Below, in pieces: positions 48,280-60,200 of a stretch of DNA of 64,000 nt (within the stretch, counting starts at the first letter, position 1; each line of letters begins with the position of its first letter). Where the stretch lies: the NCBI RefSeq assembly GCF_001447785.1, contig NW_015162547.1, forward strand, positions 32,407 to 96,406, read 5' to 3'. The notes beneath the pieces were generated by a model. That model worked only from the letters and a program-made list of their open reading frames with translations, was not told where the DNA came from and searched no databases. The stretch comes from Gekko japonicus (taxonomy: Eukaryota). A program made the position numbers and the translations under genes.

Positions 48280-51200
48280 CTGAAACGGACCAGAAGCCAG
48301 TCAGGGAGGCGTGGCTGCCGCACACCCGCTCACTCTGACCACTGCGCCCCCCTCTCCTCCCTCTGGGCAGATTCACGGGTGGCCGGTGGTGGGGGTGCCC
48401 CTTCCTCTCCCTCCTAGCTGGTATGCCTAGAGGCGGACGTTGCCACGGCAACCCCACCAGCTTCCTTCTGGGTCCGGGAGGGGGGGGGCCCCTGCAGCCT
48501 GGACCCACCGATGCCCGGCTCCCCTCCTTTCGCTTTCAGGGCCGCAGGAGAAGGCAGGAAGTCTCCAAGGAGAGGGTGGGGAACGGGAGGCAGAGCCGGG
48601 ACCCCTGAGGTCAACAAAATATTTTTTTGTGTGTGTGGGGGGGGTCATTGTCTTCTTCACCTGCTAATTCTCCTTTCCCCATCTGGGATGGGAGGGAGGA
48701 GACGGATGAGGGTGCAGTGGGAGTGGGAGTGGGGGCGGGAGGGTAGGAGAGGAGGGGAGGCGGGGGGGGCGGAGAAGGCCTTGAGGAGAGGGAGGGCAGG
48801 CTGCGGCCACAGGGAGGGGGGGCCACACCTGGGCGGGTGGGCAGCCGGGAGGGGCCCTCGGGACTCTGCCCCCCNNNNNNNNNNNNNNNNNNNNNNNNNN
48901 NNNNNNNNNNNNNNNNNNNNNNNNNNNNGCGCGCCCCCCCCCAAGCCCCGGCGGGGGGGGGGGGGGGGGGAGAGAGCAACGTTGTGGCCGCCTGCTCTGG
49001 CTCACCTTCTGCTCTGTTTGGCCTTCCCCCTTCCTGCTCCCCCCTAAGCCCCTTCCCCTCCCTCCCAGAAGCAATGGGGGCGGGGGGGGGGCGGGAAGAC
49101 AGGCCTCTTACCTGGAAGTCCCCGTTGTGAGAGGCGTAGAGGGGCAGGAAGAAGGCCGCGGGGTTGGGGGTGCTGGCCGAGCAACGGCTCTTGATCCTGG
49201 GGGGAGACAGAAGGGCAGGACCTCCTGAGGGGGCACCGGGTGTCTCTGGCCACTGCGTGACCCAGAGGGGTTGGGCTGGAGGGGGGCCGCTGGCCTGACC
49301 CAGCGCGTGGGCTTCTCTCTCTCTCTCTCGTGTTCTTCATGTTCTTCTGGTCACTTCCTGGGTCAGCAGCAGCCCCTACGAGGCGCCCGTCTCCCCTGAA
49401 TGCCCAGGCAGGGTGCCAGCTGTCTGCACTTTTGCCCGCTGGTGAGCCTGTGCAGAGGCAGGGGAGGGTTCCCTCTCCATGCACCCCCATCCTCCCCACC
49501 ACCACCACCAGGCGCCCTCTGTTTCCCTAAAGGGGCTCACGAGCAAGGAGCGCCTCCCTCACCCTGTGCTGACCGCCCCGCTGATGAGGGGGAAGCCCCA
49601 ACACGGAATGGCCTGGCGGTGGGTGGTCAGCCCCATACCCTGCGGCACCCTACCTCGGGTAGAAGCCGGCGAGCAGGAGGAGAAACAGCAGGGCGCCAAG
49701 GAGGCAGAGAGGGACGGAGGCGAGGAGGAGGGCCGGCAGCACCAGAGACTCCTCCCTCCGCAGCAGAGGCCCTGGGGAGCAGACAGAGTCATCATCCATC
49801 GGCGCATCCCTCAGCAGGCTCAGGGCTGCCTCCCCGGTGCCGGATGGACGCGGCCCCGGTCCGTCTACGCTCCGGGAGGGCCCCTCCCTCGAGTGCCAGG
49901 GCCCCTCCCTCGGGTGCGCCTTTCCAGCTGAGGGGGATGAGCAAGGCGACTGGGGGAGGGGGGGTGAGGGGCTGCAGGCAGCCTCAGTGCTGGGACTGTG
50001 ATGTAGCTGGGTGCGTCACCTGCCTGGGCTCTAGGGAATGGGCTCCATACCCGCACGGGGGCAGCGTGAGGGGAGTGTGTGTGGGTGAGGGGGTGCCTGG
50101 TGCTGAGGGGCTGGGCTGAGCACCCCCACCGGGCCATCTGGCCAGCGGACTGGGCCAGACCTGGGGGCACGCTCCACTCGGTCTCGCTGCTCCACTCGCT
50201 CCACTGGCTGCCGTACTGCTTCTTGCGGTCGGGGGTTTTGCAGCGCACTCTGGCAACGTAGCTGGCGCCTGGCGCGAACTCGGAGCCGTCTATTTCCATC
50301 GACGTTTCTCTGGTGTCCACGGTCTTGTTCTCTGCTTGCTGTTCAAGGGTGGGGAAGAAGGAAGGTGGGTTGAGGCCGGGGAGACACACGGCCCAGTCTG
50401 TCACCCTGGGGGTCAAGGCACTGGGCAGGCGGACTCCTGGGCAGAGATGGACCAGAGACAGGCCCCGTGGGGCATCATTGGCCAGGCGGCCGCATCCAGC
50501 GCCTCCCCCCCCCCAGCCTCTCCTCACCTCCCAGGGGACGGGGGCGGCCCTGAACTGCAGCTGCCACTGCATGTCCTTCCAGATGTCCACGTAGGCCTCT
50601 GGCATCTTCCACTCGATCAGGCACTTGCTGCCGCTCATGTTGCTCCGGAGGCCGTAGGGCGGATCGCATTTAACTGGAAAGAGGGCTGCCTGGTTGAGAG
50701 GAGAGGCCCGGGGCTCTCCCGGAGCACCCACCAAGGAGGAGCCGCCCGCCCGGGAGAGTGCGTTTCCCGCTGCTAGTCCTCTCCGTCTCTTGCAGCCCCG
50801 AAGGGTCTGGAGCAAGGCTCCCTCTTAGCTGTGGAGTCTTGTGAGCAAAAACCCTACTTTGTGAGCTACTGAGCATTAAAGTGGTAAGCGAGCGATTTGG
50901 CTCCTGCATAGATTACTTTGCTCTGGAGCCTTCCTCCCTTGGGCTAAGGGGAAAATGGGTGAGCCGGAGGCTCAAAACCTGTGAGCTAGCCCACACTAGC
51001 TCAGCTTAGAGGGAACACTGGTCTGGGCGCCCATTCATGGGACCCACGTACCCCTCCCACAAGACGCCTGCCAGTCGACTGAGTGGCTTTCTAAGCCCCG
51101 CTTGGTTTTTAGGGAGGGAGGCTGCGCTGGCTCTTTGTGGATGCCTGGTGGGCTGCCTGGGGATGAATGGGGGAAGGTGGCCTCTGCCGTTTTGAAACCA

Positions 51201-53024
51201 GGAGCTGCGTTCTGGGAGGGGGGGGATGGGGGGGGCGGCCCGGGACCTCCCCAGCGTTGCCCCTCCCCTCTTCCTCCCCGGGGCGGGCCGTGGCTGCAGA
51301 GGACTCACTGTTCTGCATGGGGTGGTAAGCCTCCTCCCAGGCAGCGTGGGCAACCATTTCCCCCAAGGTGTAGTTGTCGCCATGCAAAGAGACTGTGTAC
51401 TCGTCATTCTCCCCAAAGTATCCCGGTCCCTCCGCGAAGCAGCTGAACTCGCCCCGTCTCTCCTCGGAGGGCGACAGCCGGCAGACGAGGTCACTCTGCC
51501 CGAGGCCACTCCGCTGGAAGGTGCTGCCGGCAAGACAAGAGGCAGGTGTCTTCCGGCCCTGCGGACTCTGGGACTCCGCCAGGGACACGGCAAGTCACAC
51601 GGCAGACGAGGGAGAGAGTGCCTCTGAACCTATGCAGAATAACCACCTTCAGCCTGCCCGTGACTACAGTGAAAGTAGGGTTGCCAGGCCCAGGTTGGGA
51701 AAGACCCAGAGATTTGGGGAGTGGAACCTGAGGAAGGCGAGTGGCCATTTTCTCCAGGGGGGACCGGCCTTTGTTGTGGTGGTCCCAGGAGAGCTCCCGC
51801 CACCCTCAGTGAAAGGGGTAAAGCAGCAACACGGGGGGGGGGGCGTCTCTAGGCCGCCTTTAGTCCTCCGGAAGCCATGCCTGCAGGCTCCTGCTAGTGG
51901 TCCTTTCTGCCAGGGGCAGGTTCGTTCCTTTGGCAAAGTGTCCCAGCAGGCGGGGCTGGATGGGCCGTCAGCAGGAGCCAGGCGTGAGGAGCTGGGGAGC
52001 CTTGCGCTTGCCTCGGGAGAAGGCCCAGCCACAGGGCCGCTGGTGACCGTGACCGGCAGCAGCTAGAGCAGCCAGCAGAGGCCTCTTCCCCGCCTCCTTC
52101 AGTGGGGGGCTGGACTTGGGTCTGACCTGAGCCACAGCTGTTCCCCTCTCTCTTATATGGGGCCACGTTTCCCCCCCCCAAGTACACAAGCAGCTGGCTG
52201 GCTGGCCGGCCGGCTGCCCCATCTCACCCCCACGACAAGAGGCTGCGTGCCTGTGCCAGCTGGCCTTACTCGGAGAAACGGAGGTAGAACGCTCCCTCTC
52301 CCATGGCCGGATTCCGGTGCCACGTGCAATTCACTCTACGCCTGGGAGGCCCATAATTGTTCAGACATTGCAGGCCGCTGGAGACGCCTGCAAGGGGGAC
52401 AGCGTGCAAAGGAGGTCAGGCCAGACTGGGGGTCCCCTGGAAGCCGGGCTTGGCTTATCAAAGGGCACCCACGCCGGCCTGCCACGGATCTCCAGCCTGG
52501 TGGTGCCCAGCAGGATCACACCCACTTGCCAGCTACAAGGGGCTGACTCACCCAGAGACCCCGGGACGGAGGGTTGGGTGGGTGGGTGGGCTGCTTCTGG
52601 CTCCACCCGTTGCTCCAAAGGGGCTTGGAGAGCTCAGTCGGGCATTTGAGTGGGTGCCGCACTCTGTCCCACCTGCTCTCCCGGCACACTTGCAAACAGA
52701 AAAGGGACGGTTGAAAAGTCTCTCTAGTAGATACGTGCATACGTTACAGACAGTAACTAGTCACATGATAACGAATCCAAACTGGAAAACCAACGGAAGT
52801 AATGTCTGGGAATCCTTCAGGTCTGGCTATTGCTCTGGAACCCCACTTCCAGGGGCTTCCCAAGCCTCCAGCAGGCCAGCTGGGATATTCCTCTTTGTGC
52901 TCGGTGGGGGCACTTCTCCCCCCGCCCCCCCCGCCGTACCTGTTTGCCGTCCCTCTGCAGCCAGGAAGAGGGGTGAGAAGAGGATCTGCAGCAGACAGGC
53001 TGCCCGGAGGGTCTCCTTTGCCAT
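47827..53024 (-). CDS. IL9R: Interleukin-9 receptor-like class I cytokine receptor (8 coding exons, ~465 aa)
   Basis: Exons 52940-53024 (signal), 52270-52387 (CLNNY..VNCTW), 51309-51523, 50528-50673 (IKCDPPYGLRSNMS, cf. IL9R IKLDPPSDLQSNIS), 50161-50338 (WSEWS), 49654-49771 (TM), 49112-49196 (Box1 PNPAAFFLPLYASHNGDFQ), 47827-48279. All GT-AG and phase-consistent. Confidence 0.82.
49112..49196 (-). CDS. IL9R: IL9R Box1 exon
   Basis: cag|IKSRCSASTPNPAAFFLPLYASHNGDFQ|gtaag. Confidence 0.88.
49654..49771 (-). CDS. IL9R: IL9R transmembrane exon
   Basis: cag|GPLLRREESLVLPALLLASVPLCLLGALLFLLLLAGFYPR|gtagg. Confidence 0.85.
50161..50338 (-). CDS. IL9R: IL9R WSXWS exon
   Basis: cag|QAENK...YVARVRCKTP...YGSQWSEWSSETEWSVPP|gtct. 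Confidence 0.88.
50528..50673 (-). CDS. IL9R: IL9R D2 exon a
   Basis: cag|IKCDPPYGLRSNMSGSKCLIEWKMPEAY...WQLQFRAAPVPWE|gtgag. Confidence 0.88.
50813..51020 (-). mobile_element. hAT-type MITE, same family
   Basis: Reverse-complement copy ending gcttagagggaacactg; near-TSD gtctggag/gtctgggc. Confidence 0.75.
51309..51523 (-). CDS. IL9R: IL9R D1 exon b
   Basis: cag|DTFQ...LVCRLSP...FSCFAEGPGYFGENDEYTVSL...YHPMQN|gtgag. Confidence 0.8.
52270..52387 (-). CDS. IL9R: IL9R D1 exon a
   Basis: cag|GVSSGLQCLNNYGPPRRRVNCTWHRNPAMGEGAFYLRFS|gtaag. Confidence 0.85.
52940..53024 (-). CDS. IL9R: IL9R signal peptide exon
   Basis: MAKETLRAACLLQILFSPLFLAAEGRQT-G|gtac; phase 1 fits next exon. Confidence 0.75.
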
Positions 53025-54599
53025 GCTCCAGCGGCCTGGAATTCAGAGGCATTTCCAGAGCTGTGGACTTCTTCAGCCTGCCTCCCTCGCGAATCCCTGC
53101 CTAGCTGGGCACCTCTGCACGCCCACCCTACAGGTTCATAACTCAATCTTCAACAGGGAGTTTAGCAGCCTGGCAATTCCATAAATTACTTATTTTATTC
53201 ATTTATCTAATGAAGCACGTCGCCTCTGTGGCTGCAAAGAGCAGGCAGAAGTGCCTCCGTCCCCAGCGCAAGCCGGGAAACCGGAGGGGAGCTGGGGGAA
53301 GGTATGGGGCCGGGGCTGACCGCAGCTGTGCCTTCCTGTCCCCTTTCTGTTTTTGGATGGAGCATGCACACATTTCAGGTGAGAAAAGCAAACCACAGAA
53401 AGGTGCATTTAATTCATGCCATTTTACAGGCTCTGGCCAGAAAGTGTGGGGCATGCAGGGATGCTGGCATACATCGGCTGATTGTTGTCTGCCACTGGAG
53501 GTAGAATTCTGAACGGGACCCCTTGCGAGGGGAGGGCTTTCTCCTCAGTGAAAAGCTCCCCGCGTCCAGCGATCTCCGTCGTCGGTGCTGGCTCCGGAGC
53601 CACCCGGGTGCAGGAGGTTAGAGTGTCGGACCAAGATCCGGAAGGCCAAAGTCCGCCTCCCCACTTCTGCCGCTGGGTGACCTGGGGCCCGGCTGCTCTC
53701 TCTCACCCTCACCTACCTCACAGGGTTGTGGTGGGGATAAACGGGGAATAATGTAAGCTGCTCTGGGTCCCCTTTCAGGGAAAAGTTGTCGGGGTACAAA
53801 GAAAGTCCATAAACCAGCCAGCGCGATGGAGGGCTGGAGGGACTGCGGCTTCTTCCTTGGTGTGCCACTTTGGCCCCAGGTAGGTTTTCTAAAAAGTGGG
53901 GAAGCCCTGAAACGACAACTGTGACTTGCCAGCTGGAAGTGGGGCAGGCCCCGATCCTCCCTTGCCCCGCACCAGCCCCGTGCGACATCTGGGCACAGCT
54001 CGGGTGTGGCGGTTGCTGCTGCTGGGGCCCCCTGAGCCCATCCTCTTTCCTGCCGGAGACGTCTGGAGGGACTCGTGGCCCCTGCTGCTGGTGGCTCCCG
54101 GAGGACTTGGTGCCCCCCCCCCTAAGGTCGGTCTCCCATTCTCCCAGGTACCTTCCCCCCCCCACACACACACACCCCAGTTCCAGTGCCCAGACTCGCT
54201 CTGCCCCTTTGCACGGGCACCACCCAGCTGGCACCATCAAAAGGCACCCAGCCCCTCACTCCCTTGTCTCACACACACATACCCCCCCTCACACACACAC
54301 ACTGTCCCCCCTGGCTGCTCTCCTGGCTGGCAAAGGCCACTCTGACCTGGAGGCAGCTCTGCCCGCTCCCCGTCATCCGCCCCTTCTGTGGGCAGTCCCC
54401 CCCCCCACCGTGCCAGCAGTGCCCAGCTCCAACAGGCCCCCTTTTCAGGAAGGAGAAGCCCTCCTCTTCTGTGCCCACTCAACCAGAGGGGGGCGGGTCT
54501 GCTTTGCACGGAACGGGAGACCAAAGCTAGCTCCTCAGGCCCGCCCGGGTTTCCTTTAGGACCCAGAACGGCCTGGCCAGGCCCGCTGGGGAACTCTGC

Positions 54600-55730
54600 T
54601 GCCCACACCCGCCTGCCAGCTGCTGCGGGGCACCCATGCCCCCCCCCCCTTCTGGCTTGCTGGCCAGTCCGGCGCCCTTACTCACTCACTCACTCGCTCG
54701 CTCGCTCCCGGTGGGACTCCAGACTCCCGAAAGCCTCGGGGGTCTCTGCCTGCGCCTGCCGCGGCTACCGAGGCAGCGGTTCCCCCCCCCCGGCGAGGTG
54801 GCCAAGTGGATCGGCAGGGAGGGAGGGAGGCAGGGAGGGAGGGGGGCACCGAGATCAGCGCAGGAGTTAAGGCGCGGGGCGGCCCCCCTGGGTGAGCGAG
54901 CGAGCGAGCGAGCGAGGGATAAGGAGCCTGCCTGCCGTGCAGCATCCCTGACCTACAAACACTTCCTTCCCAGCCCCCATCTCCTGTGCTCCGCGTCTAG
55001 AGGGCTTCAGCTCCGGGGGGGGAGGGGAGGGGGGAGCGCTCANNNNNNNNNNNNNNNNNNNNNNNNNNNNNNNNNNNNNNNNNNNNNNNNNNNNNNNNNN
55101 NNNNNNNNNNNNNNNNNNNNNNNNNNNNNNNNNNNNNNNNNNNNNNNNNNNNNNNNNNNNNNNNNNNNNNNNNNNNNNNNNNNNNNNNNNNNNNNNNNNN
55201 NNNNNNNNNNNNNNNNNNNNNNNNNNNNNNNNNNNNNNNNNNNNNNNNNNNNNNNNNNNNNNNNNNNNNNNNNNNNNNNNNNNNNNNNNNNNNNNNNNNN
55301 NNNNNNNNNNNNNNNNNNNNNNNNNNNNNNNNNNNNNNNNNNNNNNNNNNNNNNNCGGGGGACCCGAGGAACCCCCCCCCCCAAAAAAAAACCCCCCTGC
55401 AGGAGCCCGGCCGAGGCCCCGGGAGGAAGCGGGGGAGGGGGGAGGCCCCGCGGCCCGCCGACCCCTCCAGGGGCGGCTCCTCTCCTCCGCCTGCCCGGGT
55501 GCCCGTGCGCCGGGCCCACCGTCCCCCCGCCCCAGCCCTCCTCTGGGGCCCTCCCCGGCCGACCCTGCAGGGGGCGCCGCCCGACCGCCCCTTCGCTCCC
55601 GCGGCCGGCCAGAGACGGCGGCTCTCTCCCCGCGCCTGCGCCGCCTGCCGGCAGCAGAGAGAAGAGCGCGCTGGAGTCTTCGCCCCGACGGGCTGTCCCC
55701 TCCGCCCGGCCCAGCCCAGCACAGCCACGA
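54600..55730. promoter_or_regulatory. CpG island between the IL21R 3' end and IL9R (candidate IL9R promoter)
   Basis: High CpG/GC on both sides of the 55043-55355 gap; GATAA motif near 54918. Confidence 0.45.
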
Positions 55731-55946
55731 GGGCTGCCAACCTCCAGGTGGTGGCTGGAGATCTCCCGGGACCACCGCTGATCTCCAGGCAACAGAGATC
55801 AGTCCCCCGGCAGAAAAGGGGGCCACTTTGGGAGATGGTCTCTGTGGAATCATACCCACCAATAAAGTCCCCCCCCCAGACCCTGCGCTCTTCGGGTTCC
55901 ACCCCCAAAGTCTCCAGGTGTTTCCCAAGCCCCCGCTGGCAGCCCT
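55729..55946. mobile_element. AGGG(T/C)TGCCA-terminated MITE
   Basis: Termini agggctgcca...tggcagccct; partial relatives near 51676 and 53850; no clear TSD. Confidence 0.55.
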
Positions 55947-56493
55947 AACCCCACCCCACCCCTCTCCAGGACCCGCGGCGGGACCGCAGGGCTGGCAGAA
56001 GGACCCTGTGCTGGGGTCTGGCCCACGGCCGCCCTGCGCGGAGTTCTCGTGCTGCTGTCTGGAGGCCAGGGGTGTCAGAGTGGGAGATCAGCACGCGCCC
56101 ACCCACCACGGGGAGGATGCTGGCCGCCCCAGGCTCCACCCCACCCCCCACCCCAAACTCCAGGTATTTCCCAACTCCAGGGAGGGCAGGCAGGCAGGCA
56201 GGCAGGCAGGCAGGCCGCCCTCCCGGCTGCAGAAATGCGCCTTGCCAGTCCCAAGGGCGTCCCGGCCCAGTTTCGCTACGACAGGCTCAGAGGGCTTCCC
56301 TTCTGGAATGGAGGGTGTTTTATTCTCCCGTCATGCAGGGCAGGGTACAAACCAGGAGACTGGGGGGGGGGGGGGGGGGAGTCAGTGAAGGAGGCAGAGT
56401 CAGCACCACTGAGAAGAGTCAGGGTTGCAGCAGAGCAGCTCAGAGGAGGGGGGGGCTGTTGCGGGCCCCTTGGAGGCTCGGGCTCCTGTGCCT

Positions 56494-57231
56494 CTAGGTG
56501 TGCTCGGCCGGGGGGAGGTGGCAGGCCACCCACTGCTTGACGTAGCTGGGGAGGAAGGTGGTCCCCTCCTCCTCCTCCCCAGGGGCGGTGCAGCCGGGAT
56601 GCATCCCCCGGAACTCGCAGTCCACGACGGGGCTGCCACAGTCGGAGTCAGCGAAGCCGCTGTCCACGGTGTCCAGGTCAAGACCGTCGCCCGGGTCTCC
56701 GTCAGCCGCCCAGATGGGAGAGAGCGGCTTTCGGCAGAGAGGCTGGGTGGAGGGCGGAGAGGAGGCGCTCACGGGGCCCCCTCGGGTTGGCTCCCCATCG
56801 AGGGTGTTCCGGTGCTCCGGCAGGGTTCCGGCCTGCAGCTGGGCCAGACAGGTGTCTCTGCGCCAGGGTCCGGAGGAGCCCGAGTCCCAGAAGTCCCTCG
56901 GAGGAGGAGGTATCTGCCTGGCTGGCAGCAGGCGTTCCGTGGAGCCCCCGTCGTCCAACGGCAGGCAGCGGTAGTCCTCCAGCTCCAGGCCGCAGGCGTC
57001 TGCCACGGTGACGGTGTCGATGGAGAGGTGGCCGTAGGCCGGCTCCAGCACAGATCCATCGCTTTCCTCGGCCAAGGCCGGCAGGGTGGCAGTGCAGTGG
57101 GGTGCAGAAGTCTCCTCTAGGGTGGCTGCACTGAGCGGGGGCCGGGGGCTGATCCTGGCCACTTCCGGCAGGGCTGTGCCGGGCTCATAGACATCCAGGG
57201 TGGCTCCAGAGCAGGAGGTGCCCGCCCACTT
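56494..57231 (-). CDS. IL21R: IL21R last exon (cytoplasmic tail)
   Basis: cag|KWAGT...YGHLSIDTVTVAD...DSGFADSDCGSP...SYVKQWVACHLPPAEHT*. Confidence 0.92.
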   Translation of the reverse strand, partial: KWAGTSCSGATLDVYEPGTALPEVARISPRPPLSAATLEETSAPHCTATLPALAEESDGSVLEPAYGHLSIDTVTVADACGLELEDYRCLPLDDGGSTERLLPARQIPPPPRDFWDSGSSGPWRRDTCLAQLQAGTLPEHRNTLDGEPTRGGPVSASSPPSTQPLCRKPLSPIWAADGDPGDGLDLDTVDSGFADSDCGSPVVDCEFRGMHPGCTAPGEEEEGTTFLPSYVKQWVACHLPPAEHT

Positions 57232-60200
57232 CTGTACTCAGGGAGAGGGGGAGAGAGGGAGGGAGAGGATGGGACCAGGGAGCCCAGAGGCAGAGGCAGC
57301 GCCCCCCACCCCTGGGCTCAGGGCGGCTTACAAGAGGGCACAGAGCCCATGCATAAAAACAAGATAAAACAATAAAACCATTCAATAACAGCAAAAGCAG
57401 AAATAAAGTGCTCCATGAAAAGAAGATGGTCTCCGAATAATTTCATGGTAGCATCGGTCATTTCCTGGGGGGTGATATTGTCCTGTAGGTGGTCCAAGGC
57501 TCGTCCAGCGGTACTGGTGCCACGCAGTATTATGGCCGATCTTCCGAGGGCCGCCCCTGGCCCCGTTGTTGCCCACGCCATGGGTGGCTGGCTTGGCAGT
57601 CTACCTTGCTGGGGTCTCGTGCCCTCGCGTAGGGGGCATTTAGTTTTTAAGGCTGCTTTTCCTTTACAGAGGGGGCACTTTGGTATCAGCCAGCCGTTGG
57701 CTTCGGCAGCAGGGAGGGGGTTTCTTGCCTCACACACAAAGGGCTCCCCAGAATGCCCTGCGAAATGCACGGCTCCCGGGTGCTGGGCTGGACTGGCACT
57801 GCTGAATTCGTGGGTGCCTTTGGGGAGAGGCAGCCGGCAGCCGGCAGCCGGCAGCCGGGAGTCCCTCTCTCTTGGGGAGTCTTTTGTGCTGCCTCTAATG
57901 GCAGACGGTCTCCCTCCACAGAAAGCGTCCCCCCCCCCCCTCCAGCATCTGGCCATTTGGGTCCCCCTGCCTCCATCAAGGAAACTGGGTTTCAGGGAAA
58001 CCACCTAACGGGACTGCTTTAATTATGCAACCCAAGCCCTGCCCCCCCCTCTGGAATTGGGTGCCTTTTCCTGTTAGGCAGACGCTTCCCTCCTTCAGGG
58101 TCGCTCCCCCCAAAAAAACCCCCCAAAATCGTAAAACAAACTCCAGAGTCCCGGGGGGGGGGGGAGAGAGAGAGAGAGAGAGCTCTTTCTGGGGTGGGGC
58201 TGCTACTGTCAAAGGTTTCCCCACCCTCCATCTCTGCCCCCAGCCTCCTGGTGCACTGTGAACTCCTCCCCCCCCCCTCATGGGGCAGTGCCTGGCTTCT
58301 CTGTGGCTCCAGTCCTCCTCCTCCTCCTCGTCTGGCCCCTCTGGGGCGGCAGGCAGCCTCAGCTGGTGTCTTCCCTTTGCTTGTTTGTCTCTTTCCCCCC
58401 CAGAGGCCTTGGGGGGGGGGCTCCCCTCCCTCCCTCCCTCCCTGTGCCCTCCCCTTCCCCTTCCCANNNNNNNNNNNNNNNNNNNNNNNNNNNNNNNNNN
58501 NNNNNNNNNNNNNNNNNNNNNNNNNNNNNNNNNNNNNNNNNNNNNNNNNNNNNNNNNNNNNNNNNNNNNNNNNNNNNNNNNNNNNNNNNNNNNNNNNNNN
58601 NNNNNNNNNNNNNNNNNNNNNNNNNNNNNNNNNNNNNNNNNNNNNNNNNNNNNNNNNNNNNGGGGGGGGAGGACAGGCTGGCCTACCCTGGCAGAGGAAG
58701 GGGGAGCGGAAAGGCAGGTGCGGCCGGCAGGGGCTCAGGGCAGTTGGCGAGGCCTGGCGGGAGGAAGGGGCCCTCTCCTGGCCCTTCCTCCCGGACTGAC
58801 CGGAGCGAGAGTCTTGGGGGGCCGGCCGGCCCTTCTTCTTCTAAGCAGGGACCGAGCCAGGCATGGCTGACCCCCCCCACTCACCTCGGGTGCTTGCACA
58901 GGAAGGCCACCAGGGTGACAATGAGGCTGAAGGCCAGAAGAGGCGCCACCGCCCACACCGCTCCTCCTCCTCCTCCTCCTGCGCTGCCTGAGGAAGGAAG
59001 GAAAGAAGGAAGATAGAGAGAAGGAAGGAAGGAAGAAGAGAGAGTGTTGTGGGGGGGGGGACGCAGGGAGGAGGTGTGGGGCAGAAGGAGAGAGAAGAGG
59101 AGGAGATTGGATTTCTACCCCGCCTTTCACTACCCGAAGGAGTCTCAGAGCGGCTGACAAACTCCTTTCCCTTCCCCTCCCCACAACAGACACCCTGGGA
59201 GGTAGGTGGGGCTGAGAGAGCTCTTCTTGAGAAGACTGCACTTGAGATAACAGCTCTGAGAGAACTTGTGACTGACCCAAGGTCACACCAGCAGCTGCCT
59301 ATAGAGATGTGGGGAATCAAACCCGGTTCTCCCAGATTAGAGTCCGCACACTTAACCACGACACCAACCTGACTACGCCAAACTGGCAGGGATCCTGGTT
59401 GGCGGCGGCTGCAGGGGCGTCTTTCTTTGGGCAGCCCGGGCAGCACAGCCACCAGAGCAGCCCCGGACGGCACTTACCCCTGGGGGGAGTCCTGAGGCGG
59501 CCGGCGGGGCCCCAGTCGCTCCACGTGCCCTTGTACAGGGAGTGGTCCCTCGGCCCGGCTCGCACCTGCAGCTCGTACTCCGCGCCCCCCTTCAGCTCCT
59601 GCGGCAGCAGCCACAATGTCGGGGTGTCCTGCAAGACGGGCTTCGGGGCCTGGCCGGGTGAGAAGGGGGAGGCAGGAGGGCTCAGCTCGGGCGGGGCTCC
59701 CCTCAGGACCACCCCTGGCTCTGGGGGTCGGGGGGGGGGGAAGTGGGCAGGCAGCCTGCCGGGATTTTACGGGTCCCTCTCAGCTGCGGAGTCTTGTGAG
59801 CAAACATTCTATGTTGTGAGCTCCTGGCATGAAAGCTGTGAGGGAGCCATTTGGCTGCTGCATCCATCAGTTTGCTCTGGAGCCCCCTCCTTCCTGAGCT
59901 AAGGCAAAAATGAGTGAGCCAGAGGCTGAAAAACTGTGAGCAGGCTCACAACAACTTAGCTTAGAGGGAACACCGGTCTGGACCACCAGGAGCTGCAAAG
60001 AGACCTGTCTGCCTTGGGACTGGAAGTGCCAGTAAAGCTCAGAAGGACTTCAAGCCCGCCACGGCCGGTGGACGGCTCAAGGCCCCCCCCCCCACACCCA
60101 TCTGCTGGGGCGTTGCTGAGACTGGCTCTGGGGCCCAGGCGGGTTGTGGGGGGGGGCCACACATGAGGGTTGCCTCTTTCAGAGCCCACGTGGTGGCAGC

